Below are positions 27,501-36,896 of a DNA stretch of 53,294 nt, one piece after another. The stretch's first letter is position 1. Each line of letters starts with the position of its first letter. Position numbers and translations under genes: made by a program. The stretch lies in NCBI GenBank assembly GCA_025356245.1, contig JANXUO010000023.1:1-53294 (forward strand). Direction: 5' to 3'. The DNA comes from Hymenobacter sp. Lineage in GTDB: Bacteria > Bacteroidota > Bacteroidia > Cytophagales > Hymenobacteraceae. Below the pieces are notes generated by a model. The model was not told the DNA's origin, made no database searches, and worked only from the letters and a program-made list of their open reading frames with translations.

Positions 27501-30500
27501 TAGAAACGCCCCTGGCCCAGCAGACCCGGCAACTAGTGGCCAGGGAACAAGGAATGGAAGCCACGCCCCCCCGGGGGCTGCCCGAGCGGCAACCCACCGA
27601 GGACCGCGTAATTGACCGGCCCAGGAGCACGGTTATCCTCGACGCGGGCGAACAGGGGCCGGTGGGCCCCAAAGCCGAAGCACCGGCCGTGCGCCCCATC
27701 AGCGCGGCCCCCGCCGCCCACGCCATCGAGCGCCGCATCATCTTCGACGTGAACAACGAGAAACCCGGCCTGGCCCCGACGCTCGAAGCCGCTTTGACCC
27801 GGGGAGGTTTTCAGGTTGCCACGGCCTCGATTGAGGCCGTGGGGGAGGAAAAAGGCGGCACCCGCATTGAGGCGCTTTACCGGACCACGGATTCCGTCGC
27901 CCAGCGCGGGCGGCAGGCAGATGAGCTGGCTAAAATCGGCAAGATGAGCCCGGCCGACGTGACCCTGCGCGAGTCTGATGCCCAGGCCCGGGAGCGCGAG
28001 CAGGCCCTCAAAGGCCCGGGCAAGCCCGAGGCCGGCCAGATGGTAGCCGCCGGGCAAACACTACGGGCTACCATTACGGTGCTGGAGGTGGACGGCGAAA
28101 AGGACCGCACCACCCGGTTGTGGACGGACTTGCGCGATGCCGGAGCCAAAGTAGGCCACGTGGCCAAAACGGAGATAAGCGGGGAGGGCACCCGGTACGC
28201 CTTTCCCGTCGATTACCGCCCCAGCGATGCCCGCCTACCCCTGGTGAGCGCCACGCTCGAAGCAGCGGCCCGGAGCGAAGGCATCCAGGTTACTGAAACC
28301 GACAATATGCGCCTGGAACGGCTGGCCCGTTCCGGGGCGCGCGAGAGCAAGCTGCTGGCCGAAATGACCCCTGCCGCCCGGCAGGAATACAAACGTCCCG
28401 ACGACAAGGATTATTCCGCCAGCCGGCCCGGTGCTTACGAACAGGTGGCGCTGGTCAGCGAAGACCTAAAAACCGCCGCCGGGGTGAAAGCCCTGCGCGA
28501 AGAATTAAAGGAAACCGGGGCCGTGGTCGCCGTGCGGCAGCTCGACGGCCAGGCCGCGAACAGCGGGGCGGTCACGTTGAGTTTCGCGGCCGATTCGCCC
28601 AAAGCCGGGGCCGTGAACGAGGTTTTGCGGTCGGCGGTCGAAAAAGGCGGCACCGTGTACGACCTCAAGGCCGGAGCGGACCGGAATGCCGATGGGCAGG
28701 CAACGGCGGAAGCAGCCCCCCGGGGGCCGCTGACCGCAGCGCAGGAGCGCGATGCCAACCTGGCCGAGCTGCACAGCCTGGAGGCCCGGCGCGACGCGCT
28801 GCGCGAGAGCCAGCGCGAGGCCACGACCCGGAGCCAGCTGGCCGAGCAGTACCTGCTGCCAGCCGCCGGGGTGGCCGGGGAAGTGGTGGAAGCCAGGCCC
28901 TGGGTCGGGTTCGGGCCGGACTTGCGGGGCGAGGACCTGCGCAACACCGACGCGGCCGGCATGGACCTGCGCGGGGCCGATTTGCGGGGCGTGGACCTGC
29001 GTTCGACTGACTTGCGCGGCAGCGATTTGCGCGAAGCCAACCTGAGTGGAGCCGATTTGCGGGGAACCAACCTGACCGGCGTACGCCTGGAAGGGGCCGT
29101 GCTGGAGGGAACCAACCTCGAAGGCGCGTTGCGCGTCGTTGAAAACGGTGAGGGAAAGCGGCAGATTGAGGAAAACCTGACCCCTGCTGCCCTGGCAGGC
29201 CCCGGGCGTGACGGACCCGCTTACCCGCCCGCCGTGACCCTGGACGAGCCGCGCCTGGCCAGCGCCGAGCGGGCGGCGGCGGGCGAGGAAAACAGCCCGG
29301 CCGCAGCACCCCGGCTGGCCCAGGTGCTGGACCCGCAGTATTCGGGCCTGAGCCTGCCAACGGAGGAGGAAGTGCGCCGGCAACCATTGCCGCTGGCAGA
29401 GGAGTCGACCCGGCCGCTGACCCCGGCCGGGGCCCCGGCCAGCGGCACGCTCAGCCCCTACGAGGAGTTGGAAGAAGCCGGCACGCGGCGGCACGCGGTG
29501 GCCATTCACGTCACGCAGCCCGCGTGGGCCGAAGGGATTGAGCGGACCGACCGGGTAAAGGAAATCCGGGACCAGCTGACTGCGGCGGGCGCGGAGATGG
29601 AACGCGGAACCGGCCGGACGTTCGACGAACGCAGCAACACCGAAATCACCGTGCTGCGCCTGACCTACGCGCACGACGCGCCCACCCTGCCGGCGTTGAG
29701 CCAGGCCCTGGAGGAGGTGGCCCGCGTGCCCACCGGCAGTGACTACGGCGTGCGCATCGAGGACGAAAATGCGGCGGCCCGCGTGGCCACTGCCGGGAGC
29801 CGGATGCAAAACACGCCCGAGGCGGCAAAGGCCCTGGCCGCCGAACTGCACGACGGGGACCGCAGCACGGCCCGGCTCCTCGTCACGCAGCCCGCCCTGG
29901 AGGACGTGTGGGCCCTGGAGGCAGCCGGGGCAAAGGTGGCCCGCATCTACCTGCCCGACGGCCCGGCCGCGCTGGTCAGCTACCCGGCCGCCGAACCCGG
30001 CACGACCGGGACCGTGAGCATCGAGCTGGACCGCATCGCCCGCGAGAGTTCCCTGGCCCGCCCCCCCCACAACAGCGACGAGCGGAGGCTGAGCGGTCCG
30101 CTGCTGGGCGAGGACCCCGCGCAGCAGGAGAGCCGGCAGGGCCAGGCCCGGGCCGAGGGCTTGGCCCTGGAGCCCCGGCCCCGCTACGAACTCAATGAAA
30201 TGAGCGAACGCGACGCGCGGGCGAAGGCTTATTTTCGGGAAGAAATTACGCAGCCCAGCGAGCTGATAACGGGGAAAATTGCCAACGGAGAAACTTTCAA
30301 AGGTAATTTGACGGAGCTGCTGAGCCTCGGGCAGCCCGACCGCGAGGCGCTCCAGACTGAGTGGAAAGCCGGAACCACGACCCTGCTGCTGGTGGTGCAG
30401 GAAGCGCCCGCGCTGGACCGGGGCGACGGGCAGGCCGCCCCGTGGCCTGACCGCGTAGCCGAGGCCCTGCGCGAAGCCGGGGCGGAGGCCCGGGTCAGGG

Positions 30501-32365
30501 CCTTGGGCGTAAGCCCCGACACCGGCTTGGAAAAACACGTGGTGACCGTCACCTTCGACAACAACAATCCCGAGCTGGGTCGTATTCAGGCCACGCTGGG
30601 CCAACTGGCCGGTCAGGACGGCGTCCGGGTGCCCACCGAGGGCTACTGGGAGCGCGAAGTCCGGCGGGACCCCAACGGCACCGCGCCGCCGGCGGAGCCC
30701 GTGCTGGCCGTCCGCGACCGCCCCTGGCTGGAAGCAGTGGTGGCCATCAGTGAGCCCACGCCGCAGGAGCGGCGCGAGCTGACCCAGGCCGGGGCCCGGC
30801 TGGAGAATGCCGGCATGGAGCAAATCGAGGGGCACGCGGGCAAGCTCGGGGTGCTGGTGTACTACGACCTGGACAACCCCCTGACCGTGGCCCGGGTGAG
30901 CACCGTGCTTGACCAGGCCGGGGAGCAGGGTCGGCTGCTGGGCGAAACGGCCAACGCCCGCGATGCCCGTGCCGGCCGCGTAGAACAATACCAGGCCGAT
31001 ATTCGTCAGGAAAAGCAGCAGGAAGGGGCTTCGCCGGAGCAACTGCCCCAGAAAGTGGCCGGGGCTGGGGCGCAGGCGGAAAACGAAATCGCCGGGCCAC
31101 TGAGCTTTGCCGACAGGCTCCGCGCTGCCGTCAATGACCAGCTGGCCGACATCCGCAAGGGCTGGGAAGCCGCCGCGCCGGAGAAAGTGGCCATCTACGT
31201 GGCCGAGCAAAAAGGCATTGCCGACCGTAAAGCACTGGAGCAGCAGCAGGCGGCCGAAGCGGCGGCCGCCCCCCAGCGGGAAGCTGAAAAAGCTGCCTAC
31301 GAGCGCGGTTTCAACGGCACACCCACCGGCGCAACGCCAGCACCGGAGCCGGCGAAGGAGGCAGGAAAAGAAAAGGAGCCGGGAATGGCCCCGTTGGAGC
31401 CGGTCGCCGCCGCCCTCCCGGGCTCGGGCGGCGTAGCGGCCGGCTCCAACGGGGCAGCCGCCGAGGTGTTCACGGATAAGGTGCTGCGCGAGCGCCGCGA
31501 CGACGAGCGCACGCTACCCGTCGTGGTGGACGGGGCGAAAGAAGGCAAGGTGCTCGAAACCACCGAGCAGGTGAAGCCCGGCATTGCCGCGCAGCCCGAA
31601 CAGCCCACGGGCGACAAGGCCCGCGAAAAGGACGGGGCGGCCGGGGGTCCGCCGGTGGCTCCGCTGGTGCCGGTGGCCCCGGAGGTGCTGGCCCCCGTGG
31701 CCAAGGCCCCGGAAAAGGAGTTGCAGCACGGCATCATCGGCATGGAAGGCACGGCCCGCAAGTCGGCCGAGGACCGCATGGAGATGGTGCGCGGGGCGTT
31801 GCTCAGCGCCGGGGCCTCCGTGGAGGCCCTGGTCCCGTCGAGCCGCGACAACCGGGAGGCCACGCTGGCCTTTTCCTACGACCCGCAGGACAAGCAGCTG
31901 CCGGCCATCAACAAGGTGCTCCAGGACGTTCAAGCGTCCCAGCCGTCAATGATTAAGGAGGAGCCCCATTCGCTGCACTACGCCGGCATCAAACCCAACA
32001 CGCACGAGATTGAGCGGCGGGACTGGCCCGAGCGCACGGGCCAGTTCAGCAAGGCCCACATCGTCGTGGACGATGCAGACCACAAAGGACAGGCCCGCGC
32101 CGAAAACATCAAGGGGGAGCTGGGCAACGCCGGGGTAGTGGTCGGGGACGTGCAGAAGGACGGCCACGGCCACGTGGAGCTAAAGCTGACCTACCACTCC
32201 CAAAGCCCCCACATCGACCAGATAAACAGCACCCTCGACAAGGCCGGCAACTCGCCCGGCATCGAGGTGCGCGAGCTGGACTCGGACCGCACGGCCCGCT
32301 ACCAGGGGGCCATCGACCAACTCCAGGCCAAGGATACCGGCAAAGAGCGGGAACGGGGCGAGTAG
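24551..32365 (+). CDS. 2604-aa multidomain protein: DUF3991/Toprim primase-like N-terminus, EF-hand-like repeats, pentapeptide repeats and about 12 copies of an unnamed repeat
   Basis: DKGSVVDFLQ, YLLERGLS, GFPF, GESPID, YVATGG and SNDNDAAG (Toprim). DLRGA-type pentapeptides at about 28919-29128. Confidence 0.88.
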   Translation: MTKIDRFRSPEEVERLADLKRGVNLVALATERYGLTITEKSRDESAYTLENKAQGERITVKVGPEGYHIYNNHNNDRDKGSVVDFLQQRHPERNLGQVKGMLQEMVPGAKQALDYEKFQAQQVRKAPSAADARYEALPAAERRAAMVRETMGPNPQLTDASYLLERGLSKETVSDPAFKGRVFTDQHSERQERLGQAQRNVGFPFYNEKGVQSWELRNRAPEGETDSFKMMMKAPGDEFGAKNGVWSSNLLAGRGSQPERMVIGESPIDMMSKYQTERAAATEAGQDLPNTRYVATGGTPSIEQKAIIQAIIDREQPRQVILSNDNDAAGQAFNVRYLNDLRPPVAGLSPEQQQEAAAARERTTWIAGDNGKKGEEKLLTMTISFQHGNAKEGRDAVESLRTQAEMRGLPAEEPTASGTAGLQMRRNAPEVTEVVLRVAPEQAAAVVDLARELRREREQAMPEAARTPENYFVVEKATGKDYNQDILQGRAGAQLDAQRREAGFVAAPEMAPAVAPVVAAAPVTGPAPVVVATEQYAPSPQVAARQIAADIDNSGSTSAEEILRADRNRDGLVSGSELDAARFDARQNRERPGEQPSEQKVSGPVAADINLNGSTSQAEILRAGANRDGVVTDTELATARFESNQANERSTADAGGQTEAERQAGIRRRYEEQRQQQAAEQEPQATARDTSGPLRSAAIIIFEAEGLPAGTLTAGSTTLVTLADKMKEAIEGQGSEVNLQPGRDKSTDQPYSMLSFTYHEGSAEHGRIQESLRDAQTQGPTKYFGIEPGVETQRETAPITRTVALTEQPLAIALDAPNPLLESQLRATGATVSNEPVQDRPGLVVVVDTNKGEQLASVEQTLSKLPAAAVVVEGPEATEVRQQLTLAFREQGGMAPALQAEALLPGRIRDDVPERLREAGATVVPANPATRLEAGEGALSVRYPLEQPQVLGRVSVVLDEVNNRSAQVAADLGQVPNASTGSVVETPLAQQTRQLVAREQGMEATPPRGLPERQPTEDRVIDRPRSTVILDAGEQGPVGPKAEAPAVRPISAAPAAHAIERRIIFDVNNEKPGLAPTLEAALTRGGFQVATASIEAVGEEKGGTRIEALYRTTDSVAQRGRQADELAKIGKMSPADVTLRESDAQAREREQALKGPGKPEAGQMVAAGQTLRATITVLEVDGEKDRTTRLWTDLRDAGAKVGHVAKTEISGEGTRYAFPVDYRPSDARLPLVSATLEAAARSEGIQVTETDNMRLERLARSGARESKLLAEMTPAARQEYKRPDDKDYSASRPGAYEQVALVSEDLKTAAGVKALREELKETGAVVAVRQLDGQAANSGAVTLSFAADSPKAGAVNEVLRSAVEKGGTVYDLKAGADRNADGQATAEAAPRGPLTAAQERDANLAELHSLEARRDALRESQREATTRSQLAEQYLLPAAGVAGEVVEARPWVGFGPDLRGEDLRNTDAAGMDLRGADLRGVDLRSTDLRGSDLREANLSGADLRGTNLTGVRLEGAVLEGTNLEGALRVVENGEGKRQIEENLTPAALAGPGRDGPAYPPAVTLDEPRLASAERAAAGEENSPAAAPRLAQVLDPQYSGLSLPTEEEVRRQPLPLAEESTRPLTPAGAPASGTLSPYEELEEAGTRRHAVAIHVTQPAWAEGIERTDRVKEIRDQLTAAGAEMERGTGRTFDERSNTEITVLRLTYAHDAPTLPALSQALEEVARVPTGSDYGVRIEDENAAARVATAGSRMQNTPEAAKALAAELHDGDRSTARLLVTQPALEDVWALEAAGAKVARIYLPDGPAALVSYPAAEPGTTGTVSIELDRIARESSLARPPHNSDERRLSGPLLGEDPAQQESRQGQARAEGLALEPRPRYELNEMSERDARAKAYFREEITQPSELITGKIANGETFKGNLTELLSLGQPDREALQTEWKAGTTTLLLVVQEAPALDRGDGQAAPWPDRVAEALREAGAEARVRALGVSPDTGLEKHVVTVTFDNNNPELGRIQATLGQLAGQDGVRVPTEGYWEREVRRDPNGTAPPAEPVLAVRDRPWLEAVVAISEPTPQERRELTQAGARLENAGMEQIEGHAGKLGVLVYYDLDNPLTVARVSTVLDQAGEQGRLLGETANARDARAGRVEQYQADIRQEKQQEGASPEQLPQKVAGAGAQAENEIAGPLSFADRLRAAVNDQLADIRKGWEAAAPEKVAIYVAEQKGIADRKALEQQQAAEAAAAPQREAEKAAYERGFNGTPTGATPAPEPAKEAGKEKEPGMAPLEPVAAALPGSGGVAAGSNGAAAEVFTDKVLRERRDDERTLPVVVDGAKEGKVLETTEQVKPGIAAQPEQPTGDKAREKDGAAGGPPVAPLVPVAPEVLAPVAKAPEKELQHGIIGMEGTARKSAEDRMEMVRGALLSAGASVEALVPSSRDNREATLAFSYDPQDKQLPAINKVLQDVQASQPSMIKEEPHSLHYAGIKPNTHEIERRDWPERTGQFSKAHIVVDDADHKGQARAENIKGELGNAGVVVGDVQKDGHGHVELKLTYHSQSPHIDQINSTLDKAGNSPGIEVRELDSDRTARYQGAIDQLQAKDTGKERERGE

Positions 32366-32396
32366 CCCGTTCCCGCTGACCCGCTGCTGCTGAACC

Positions 32397-32424
32397 AGAC
32401 CCCCGCCGCGCCCGGCGGGGGTCT
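32397..32424 (+). terminator. GC-rich hairpin after the giant gene
   Basis: AGACCCCCGCCG-CGCC-CGGCGGGGGTCT. No strong U-tract. Confidence 0.5.
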
Positions 32425-32533
32425 GTGCGTGTATAGCTACAGCGCAACGTAGTAACTTGCGGGCAGCCGAGGGGTTGCCTGGCAGGTTCCGGGCCGTTTC
32501 GGCTGTTCTTTTCACCCCAGAAATCTCCTTCCA

Positions 32534-32776
32534 ATGTTAGAAATTTTGCTTTGGGCCGTCCTCATTGGCGGTCTGCCCGCCGCCGGCTACTACCTGTTTC
32601 AGTACGGTCGCCGGCTCCATGCCCGGGGCCGCCAGTTGAAAGAAAACGGCACCGACCCGGAAAAGGCCAGCGAGCAGTGGCGGGCCGAGCTGCTGTTTAC
32701 CGTCAACGTCTGCGTCTGGGCCGGTTTCGGCCTGATGATTTGCCGCCTGCTCGAAGCCGTTTCCCAGGCCCAGTAA
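32534..32776 (+). CDS. Small 2-TM hypothetical protein
   Basis: ATG start, two hydrophobic helices. Confidence 0.65.
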   Translation: MLEILLWAVLIGGLPAAGYYLFQYGRRLHARGRQLKENGTDPEKASEQWRAELLFTVNVCVWAGFGLMICRLLEAVSQAQ

Positions 32777-32866
32777 CGAACGGACCCCGGCCCGCACCGC
32801 CCGGCCGGGGCCTTTCTTTTTCCCCACTGCCTTTTTCCCGCCTCCCCTCCCCTCTTATCCAGCCCC

Positions 32867-35287
32867 ATGAAATTACTCATCGTCGAAAGCCCCAACAAGG
32901 TGCAAAAAATCAAGGGCTTCCTCGGGGCCGACTGGCTCGTAGGGGCCAGCGTAGGCCATATCCGGGACATACCCGGCAAGGAACTGGGCCTGGACCGGGC
33001 GGGCCAGAGCTACCACATCACCTATGCCGTGGACCCGGGCAAAGTCCAGACCGTGAGCGGACTTCAGGCGATGGTGGGCCAGGTAGGCAAAGCCAACGTG
33101 TACCTGGCCACCGACCCCGACCGTGAGGGCGAAGGTATTGCCTTCCACCTGTGCGAAGTGCTGGGCCTGGACAAACAGACCACCAAGCGGGTCACGTTCA
33201 TGGAAATCACCGAGCCTGCCATCCGGGCCGCGCTGGCCGTGCCGCGCACGCTCGACCAGAACCTGGTGGCGGCCCAGGAAGCCCGCCGCGCCATTGACCG
33301 GCTCGTGGGCTGGGAGGTGTCGCCCACGCTCATGCGCTCGCAGCCCCGACCGCCGGAGGGCACCCCGGGCTTTTCAGCGGGCCGCGTGCAGAGCGTCGCC
33401 GCCCGGCTCGTGGCCGACCTGGAGGACACCATCGAAGGCTTCGCGGCCGGCTCCGGCCTGAGCTTTCCGGTAAGCGCGGCCTTCACCACCCCGGCCGGTG
33501 AGAAGTTGCCCGCCCGCTACGTGGGCAAGTCGGTGGCCACCGAGGCCGAAGCCCGCGCCCAACTGACCCGCCTGGTGGAGCCGGGTTCCGGGGACTGGCA
33601 GGTGCTGCACGTCGAGCAATCGCCGGTGAGCGGCAACCCGCTGCCGGCGTACTCGACCAGCTCGCTGCAAATGGACGGGGTGAAAAAGCTCAGGTTCTCG
33701 GTGGCAAAAATCTCGGAGCTGGCCCAGAAGCTCTTCGAGGCCGGCCACGTGACTTATATCCGCACCGACAGCGTCAACATCGGGGAAGAGGGCACCCGCG
33801 AGGCGCTGGAGCAGATAACCAGGCAGTACGGGACCGGCTACGCCTGCGCCCGCAGGTTCAAGGAAAAGGCTGGCGTGCAGGGCGGGCACGAGGCCATCCG
33901 GCCCACGCACTGGGACGTGACCAAAGCCGGAACCACGGCCGAGGAACAAGCCTTGTACCAACTGATTTACACCCGCACCCTCGCTTCGCAGATGAGCCCG
34001 GCCACCTACGCCCAGACCGTGATTACGGTGGGGCGTGCGGGCGGAGTGCCCGGGGAAGAAAGTGCCGGGGAAGGAGCCGACCGTTTCGAGAGCCGCGTCA
34101 AGGTGCTGACATTTCCGGGTTACCGGGCCGCGTACACCGAGGCCGAGGAGGAAGCCGGCGACGAAACCGGGGCCGAGGGGGCGGAGGGTGCCCCGCTGCT
34201 CACCCCGTTGGCCCAGGGCGACGCGCTGGCTCTCTTTCGGGTACAGGCCGCCGGCCGGGTGCAGAAGCCGCCCAAACGCTTCGATGAAGCCACGCTGGTC
34301 GGGGAGCTGGAAAAGCGGCAGATTGGCCGGCCGAGCACCTACGCGAGCATCCTCAAAACCATCTTTGCCCGCCAGTACGTCAAGGTCGATACCGTCGCCG
34401 GTAAAAAGGTGCCCACCAAGACCCTGAGCTGGAAAACGGGCCAGCCGCTGGGGCAGCTGGTGGAAACGGGCCGCAGCGAGACGCTGGGTGGCGACAAAGG
34501 CAAGCTGGTGCCCACCGACCGGGGCCGGGCAGCCACGAAGTACCTCAAAACCCACTTCGGGGAGTTGGTGGACTTTGATTTTACGGCCAAATGCGAGGGG
34601 CTGCTCGACCAGATTGCCGAGGGCAAGCTCGGGTACGCCGCATTGCTGCGCGACTTTGATGCCCGCCTGCTGGGTCAGAAGACCGCTGCCGATGCCAGCA
34701 ACCCGGCCGCGCCCAAAGCCCGGCTCGTCGGCGAGTGGAAGGGCCTGCCCATCCTGGCCGCCAACACCAAGTTCGGACCGTCGCTGCGCTACGGCCCGGC
34801 GGGCGAGGAAAAGCGTTACAACCTGCCCGAGGGACTCAGCCCCGACACCGTGACGCTGGAGCAGGCCATCGCTGCCCTTGAGTACGGCCTGACCCATAAG
34901 ATGCGCCAGGTCGGGGAGCTGGAAAAAATGCCCATTGAGGGCGGCATCAGCAAGGCCGAAAAACCTTACCTGCGCTGGCGGGATAAGTTCTACAACCTGC
35001 CCGAGGGCGTCACGCTCGAGCGCCTGACCCCGGACATGGCCCGCGCGGCCATCGTGGGCCAGCTGAGCGCGGCGGCCGAGGCAGTTGTTCACCGGATTGA
35101 CAAGACGTGGAGCATCGAGCGCAAGCCGGACGGCGCAGGGCTGTGGCTGAGCAACGGCGAGGACCGCTGTACGCTGCGTAACGTGAGCGAGGAAGAAGCC
35201 AGAACGTGGGATAAAACAATGGCCCAAAACGAAATGAAACGCTTCCAGGCCTGGAAGGCCAAACAACCGGCGAAGGCCGGCCGGTAG
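32867..35287 (+). CDS. topA: Type IA DNA topoisomerase with C-terminal repeats
   Basis: LIVESPNK, ASVGHIRD, LATDPDREGE, SAGRVQS, catalytic TYIRTD, GHEAIRPT, IGRPSTY. Confidence 0.93.
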   Translation: MKLLIVESPNKVQKIKGFLGADWLVGASVGHIRDIPGKELGLDRAGQSYHITYAVDPGKVQTVSGLQAMVGQVGKANVYLATDPDREGEGIAFHLCEVLGLDKQTTKRVTFMEITEPAIRAALAVPRTLDQNLVAAQEARRAIDRLVGWEVSPTLMRSQPRPPEGTPGFSAGRVQSVAARLVADLEDTIEGFAAGSGLSFPVSAAFTTPAGEKLPARYVGKSVATEAEARAQLTRLVEPGSGDWQVLHVEQSPVSGNPLPAYSTSSLQMDGVKKLRFSVAKISELAQKLFEAGHVTYIRTDSVNIGEEGTREALEQITRQYGTGYACARRFKEKAGVQGGHEAIRPTHWDVTKAGTTAEEQALYQLIYTRTLASQMSPATYAQTVITVGRAGGVPGEESAGEGADRFESRVKVLTFPGYRAAYTEAEEEAGDETGAEGAEGAPLLTPLAQGDALALFRVQAAGRVQKPPKRFDEATLVGELEKRQIGRPSTYASILKTIFARQYVKVDTVAGKKVPTKTLSWKTGQPLGQLVETGRSETLGGDKGKLVPTDRGRAATKYLKTHFGELVDFDFTAKCEGLLDQIAEGKLGYAALLRDFDARLLGQKTAADASNPAAPKARLVGEWKGLPILAANTKFGPSLRYGPAGEEKRYNLPEGLSPDTVTLEQAIAALEYGLTHKMRQVGELEKMPIEGGISKAEKPYLRWRDKFYNLPEGVTLERLTPDMARAAIVGQLSAAAEAVVHRIDKTWSIERKPDGAGLWLSNGEDRCTLRNVSEEEARTWDKTMAQNEMKRFQAWKAKQPAKAGR

Positions 35288-35340
35288 GAGCGTTTCTTTC
35301 CCCGAAACAAGTGGCGGCAGGTCTGAAAGGCCTGGCGTGG

Positions 35341-35372
35341 AAAAAACCGGCTCCTTCGGGGCCGGTTTTTTT
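35341..35372 (+). terminator. Intrinsic terminator after the topoisomerase
   Basis: AAAAAACCGGCTCC-TTCG-GGGCCGGTTTTTTT. Confidence 0.85.
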
Positions 35373-35551
35373 GAGGGCAACGGGAAAGCGAAAGGAACCC
35401 GGACATAGTTTGGGGACGGCTCTGAGAAAAGTCGCCGTGGCACGTTCATTGCCCCTTTTTAGAGCGGTTTTCGGGCCTTCCACGGCACGCGCTCTGCCGT
35501 AGTGACGGACCGGGTTGCACTAATTTTTTGTAACAATATTTTGCTTGTTTT

Positions 35552-36118
35552 ATGTCTGCTACGTTGGAAATCCCCCGGGAAATGGCTCCCCCCCGCAAAC
35601 TCGTCAGCAAGTTTCCTCGTGTTGTGGCCGGGGTAATCGCGCCGCCCCTTGCCGGGCGATACGAGGTGCTTATTCCCCAGCGGATGGAAGTGATTTTCTT
35701 TACGGAGTCCCTGGCCGGGGCTGCCCGTCACCTGGCCATTGCCCGCTGGGGCGACGCGGAGAAGGCCGATGAGGTGCTGGCCTTCCTGAGCGGCGTTAAG
35801 GAGCACGGCTTCCTGGACGTGAGCGGGTCTGGGGTGCGCGTGTACCGACCACTGGATGATGGCAGCCCGTGGGTGGCCCGGGTGCGGGGGACCCAGGCCC
35901 GGCCCCGCCCCCGGTTCGCCATTGGCGACTGCGTACAGGTCATCGGTACGCCGGAAGCGCCGCCCGGCTCAGGTCCGGGCCGGTCGCTGCGCGTGTGCGG
36001 CATCGTGGCCCTGGGCGACCCACGGGCGGGCAAGCAATACACCTACCTCGTCGGCGGGGGTAGCGGAAACCGGGTGTCCGAAGACCGTCTGCACGGAGCC
36101 GATGTCCCAGGTGCCTAG
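35552..36118 (+). CDS. Hypothetical protein with C-terminal SH3-like beta domain
   Basis: RFAIGDCVQV...YTYLV..VSEDRL pattern; GC3-rich codons. Confidence 0.65.
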   Translation: MSATLEIPREMAPPRKLVSKFPRVVAGVIAPPLAGRYEVLIPQRMEVIFFTESLAGAARHLAIARWGDAEKADEVLAFLSGVKEHGFLDVSGSGVRVYRPLDDGSPWVARVRGTQARPRPRFAIGDCVQVIGTPEAPPGSGPGRSLRVCGIVALGDPRAGKQYTYLVGGGSGNRVSEDRLHGADVPGA

Positions 36119-36179
36119 TTTTGCGTAAGCGTGTGCGTATCCACGCACGTATTCACCGTTTTCCCCAAGTATTTTTTGT

Positions 36180-36896
36180 ATGAACCATGCCCAAACCCCG
36201 CCCGCAACTACTGCGGGGGTGCCCCAGTTGGTCGAGCTGCTCTTTGAGCAAGGCCAGGAGCCGCTGCGCTACCTGCGAGCTGCCGAAGCCGGAGCGCCTT
36301 ACTACGACCTCTCGGGTGTAGAGCGCACCGTGGACCCGGCGGTGCAGTCGCAGGAGCAAATGCAGACCGTGGCCGAACGGCGCACCTGGGAACCGCTGGG
36401 GGCCGTTTACCTGCTCGCGCACACCCGGCAAACCCTGCGCTGGAGCGATTCCCCGGTACTGGCCAGTTACCATGTCGGGCGCGTACCCGAAGCGGCCGCG
36501 TACCGGTTCGTCGGCCAGGAGCACGAGTACACGTTTCCGGAGCTGGTCGCACGCCTGGAGCAGGGACCAGCGGCTTTCCGCGGCTACCCCGTGACGGCCG
36601 GAGCGGGTGGCCACGAGCCCCGCATTCAATTCACGCCCGCCCAGCCCGGTGAGACGAACAGCGAGTCAGGCGGGTGGGTCCGGGAAAGCAAGTGGCTGCG
36701 GGCCGGCCGCGAGGCCGTGCGCGACGGGGTTCATTACCAGCGCTACGACGAAGTGCAGCCTGACGGCACCCCGGTCGGCCGCAGCTACATTGGCCAGCGC
36801 ACGGCCGAAGGCGAATGGCTCAGCGAATCGGGCAGTGCCGGGAGCGTGGGCAAGTGGTTGAAGCGGCCTGGCGCGGCCTCGGGCGCAAATTTCTAG
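36180..36896 (+). CDS. Hypothetical protein
   Basis: ATG start after an AT-rich leader, GC3-rich codons, operator-like copy upstream. Confidence 0.7.
   Translation: MNHAQTPPATTAGVPQLVELLFEQGQEPLRYLRAAEAGAPYYDLSGVERTVDPAVQSQEQMQTVAERRTWEPLGAVYLLAHTRQTLRWSDSPVLASYHVGRVPEAAAYRFVGQEHEYTFPELVARLEQGPAAFRGYPVTAGAGGHEPRIQFTPAQPGETNSESGGWVRESKWLRAGREAVRDGVHYQRYDEVQPDGTPVGRSYIGQRTAEGEWLSESGSAGSVGKWLKRPGAASGANF

Noticed and set aside
28919-29128. Possible qnr quinolone-resistance gene
   Set aside because: Only about 70 aa of pentapeptides embedded in a much larger protein, not a stand-alone Qnr.
24428-31210. Long minus-strand ORFs 24428-27532 (1034 aa) and 28505-31210 (901 aa)
   Set aside because: Antisense shadows of the 2604-aa gene caused by high GC3. 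No recognisable motifs.
33374-35449. 691-aa minus-strand ORF
   Set aside because: Antisense shadow of the topoisomerase gene.
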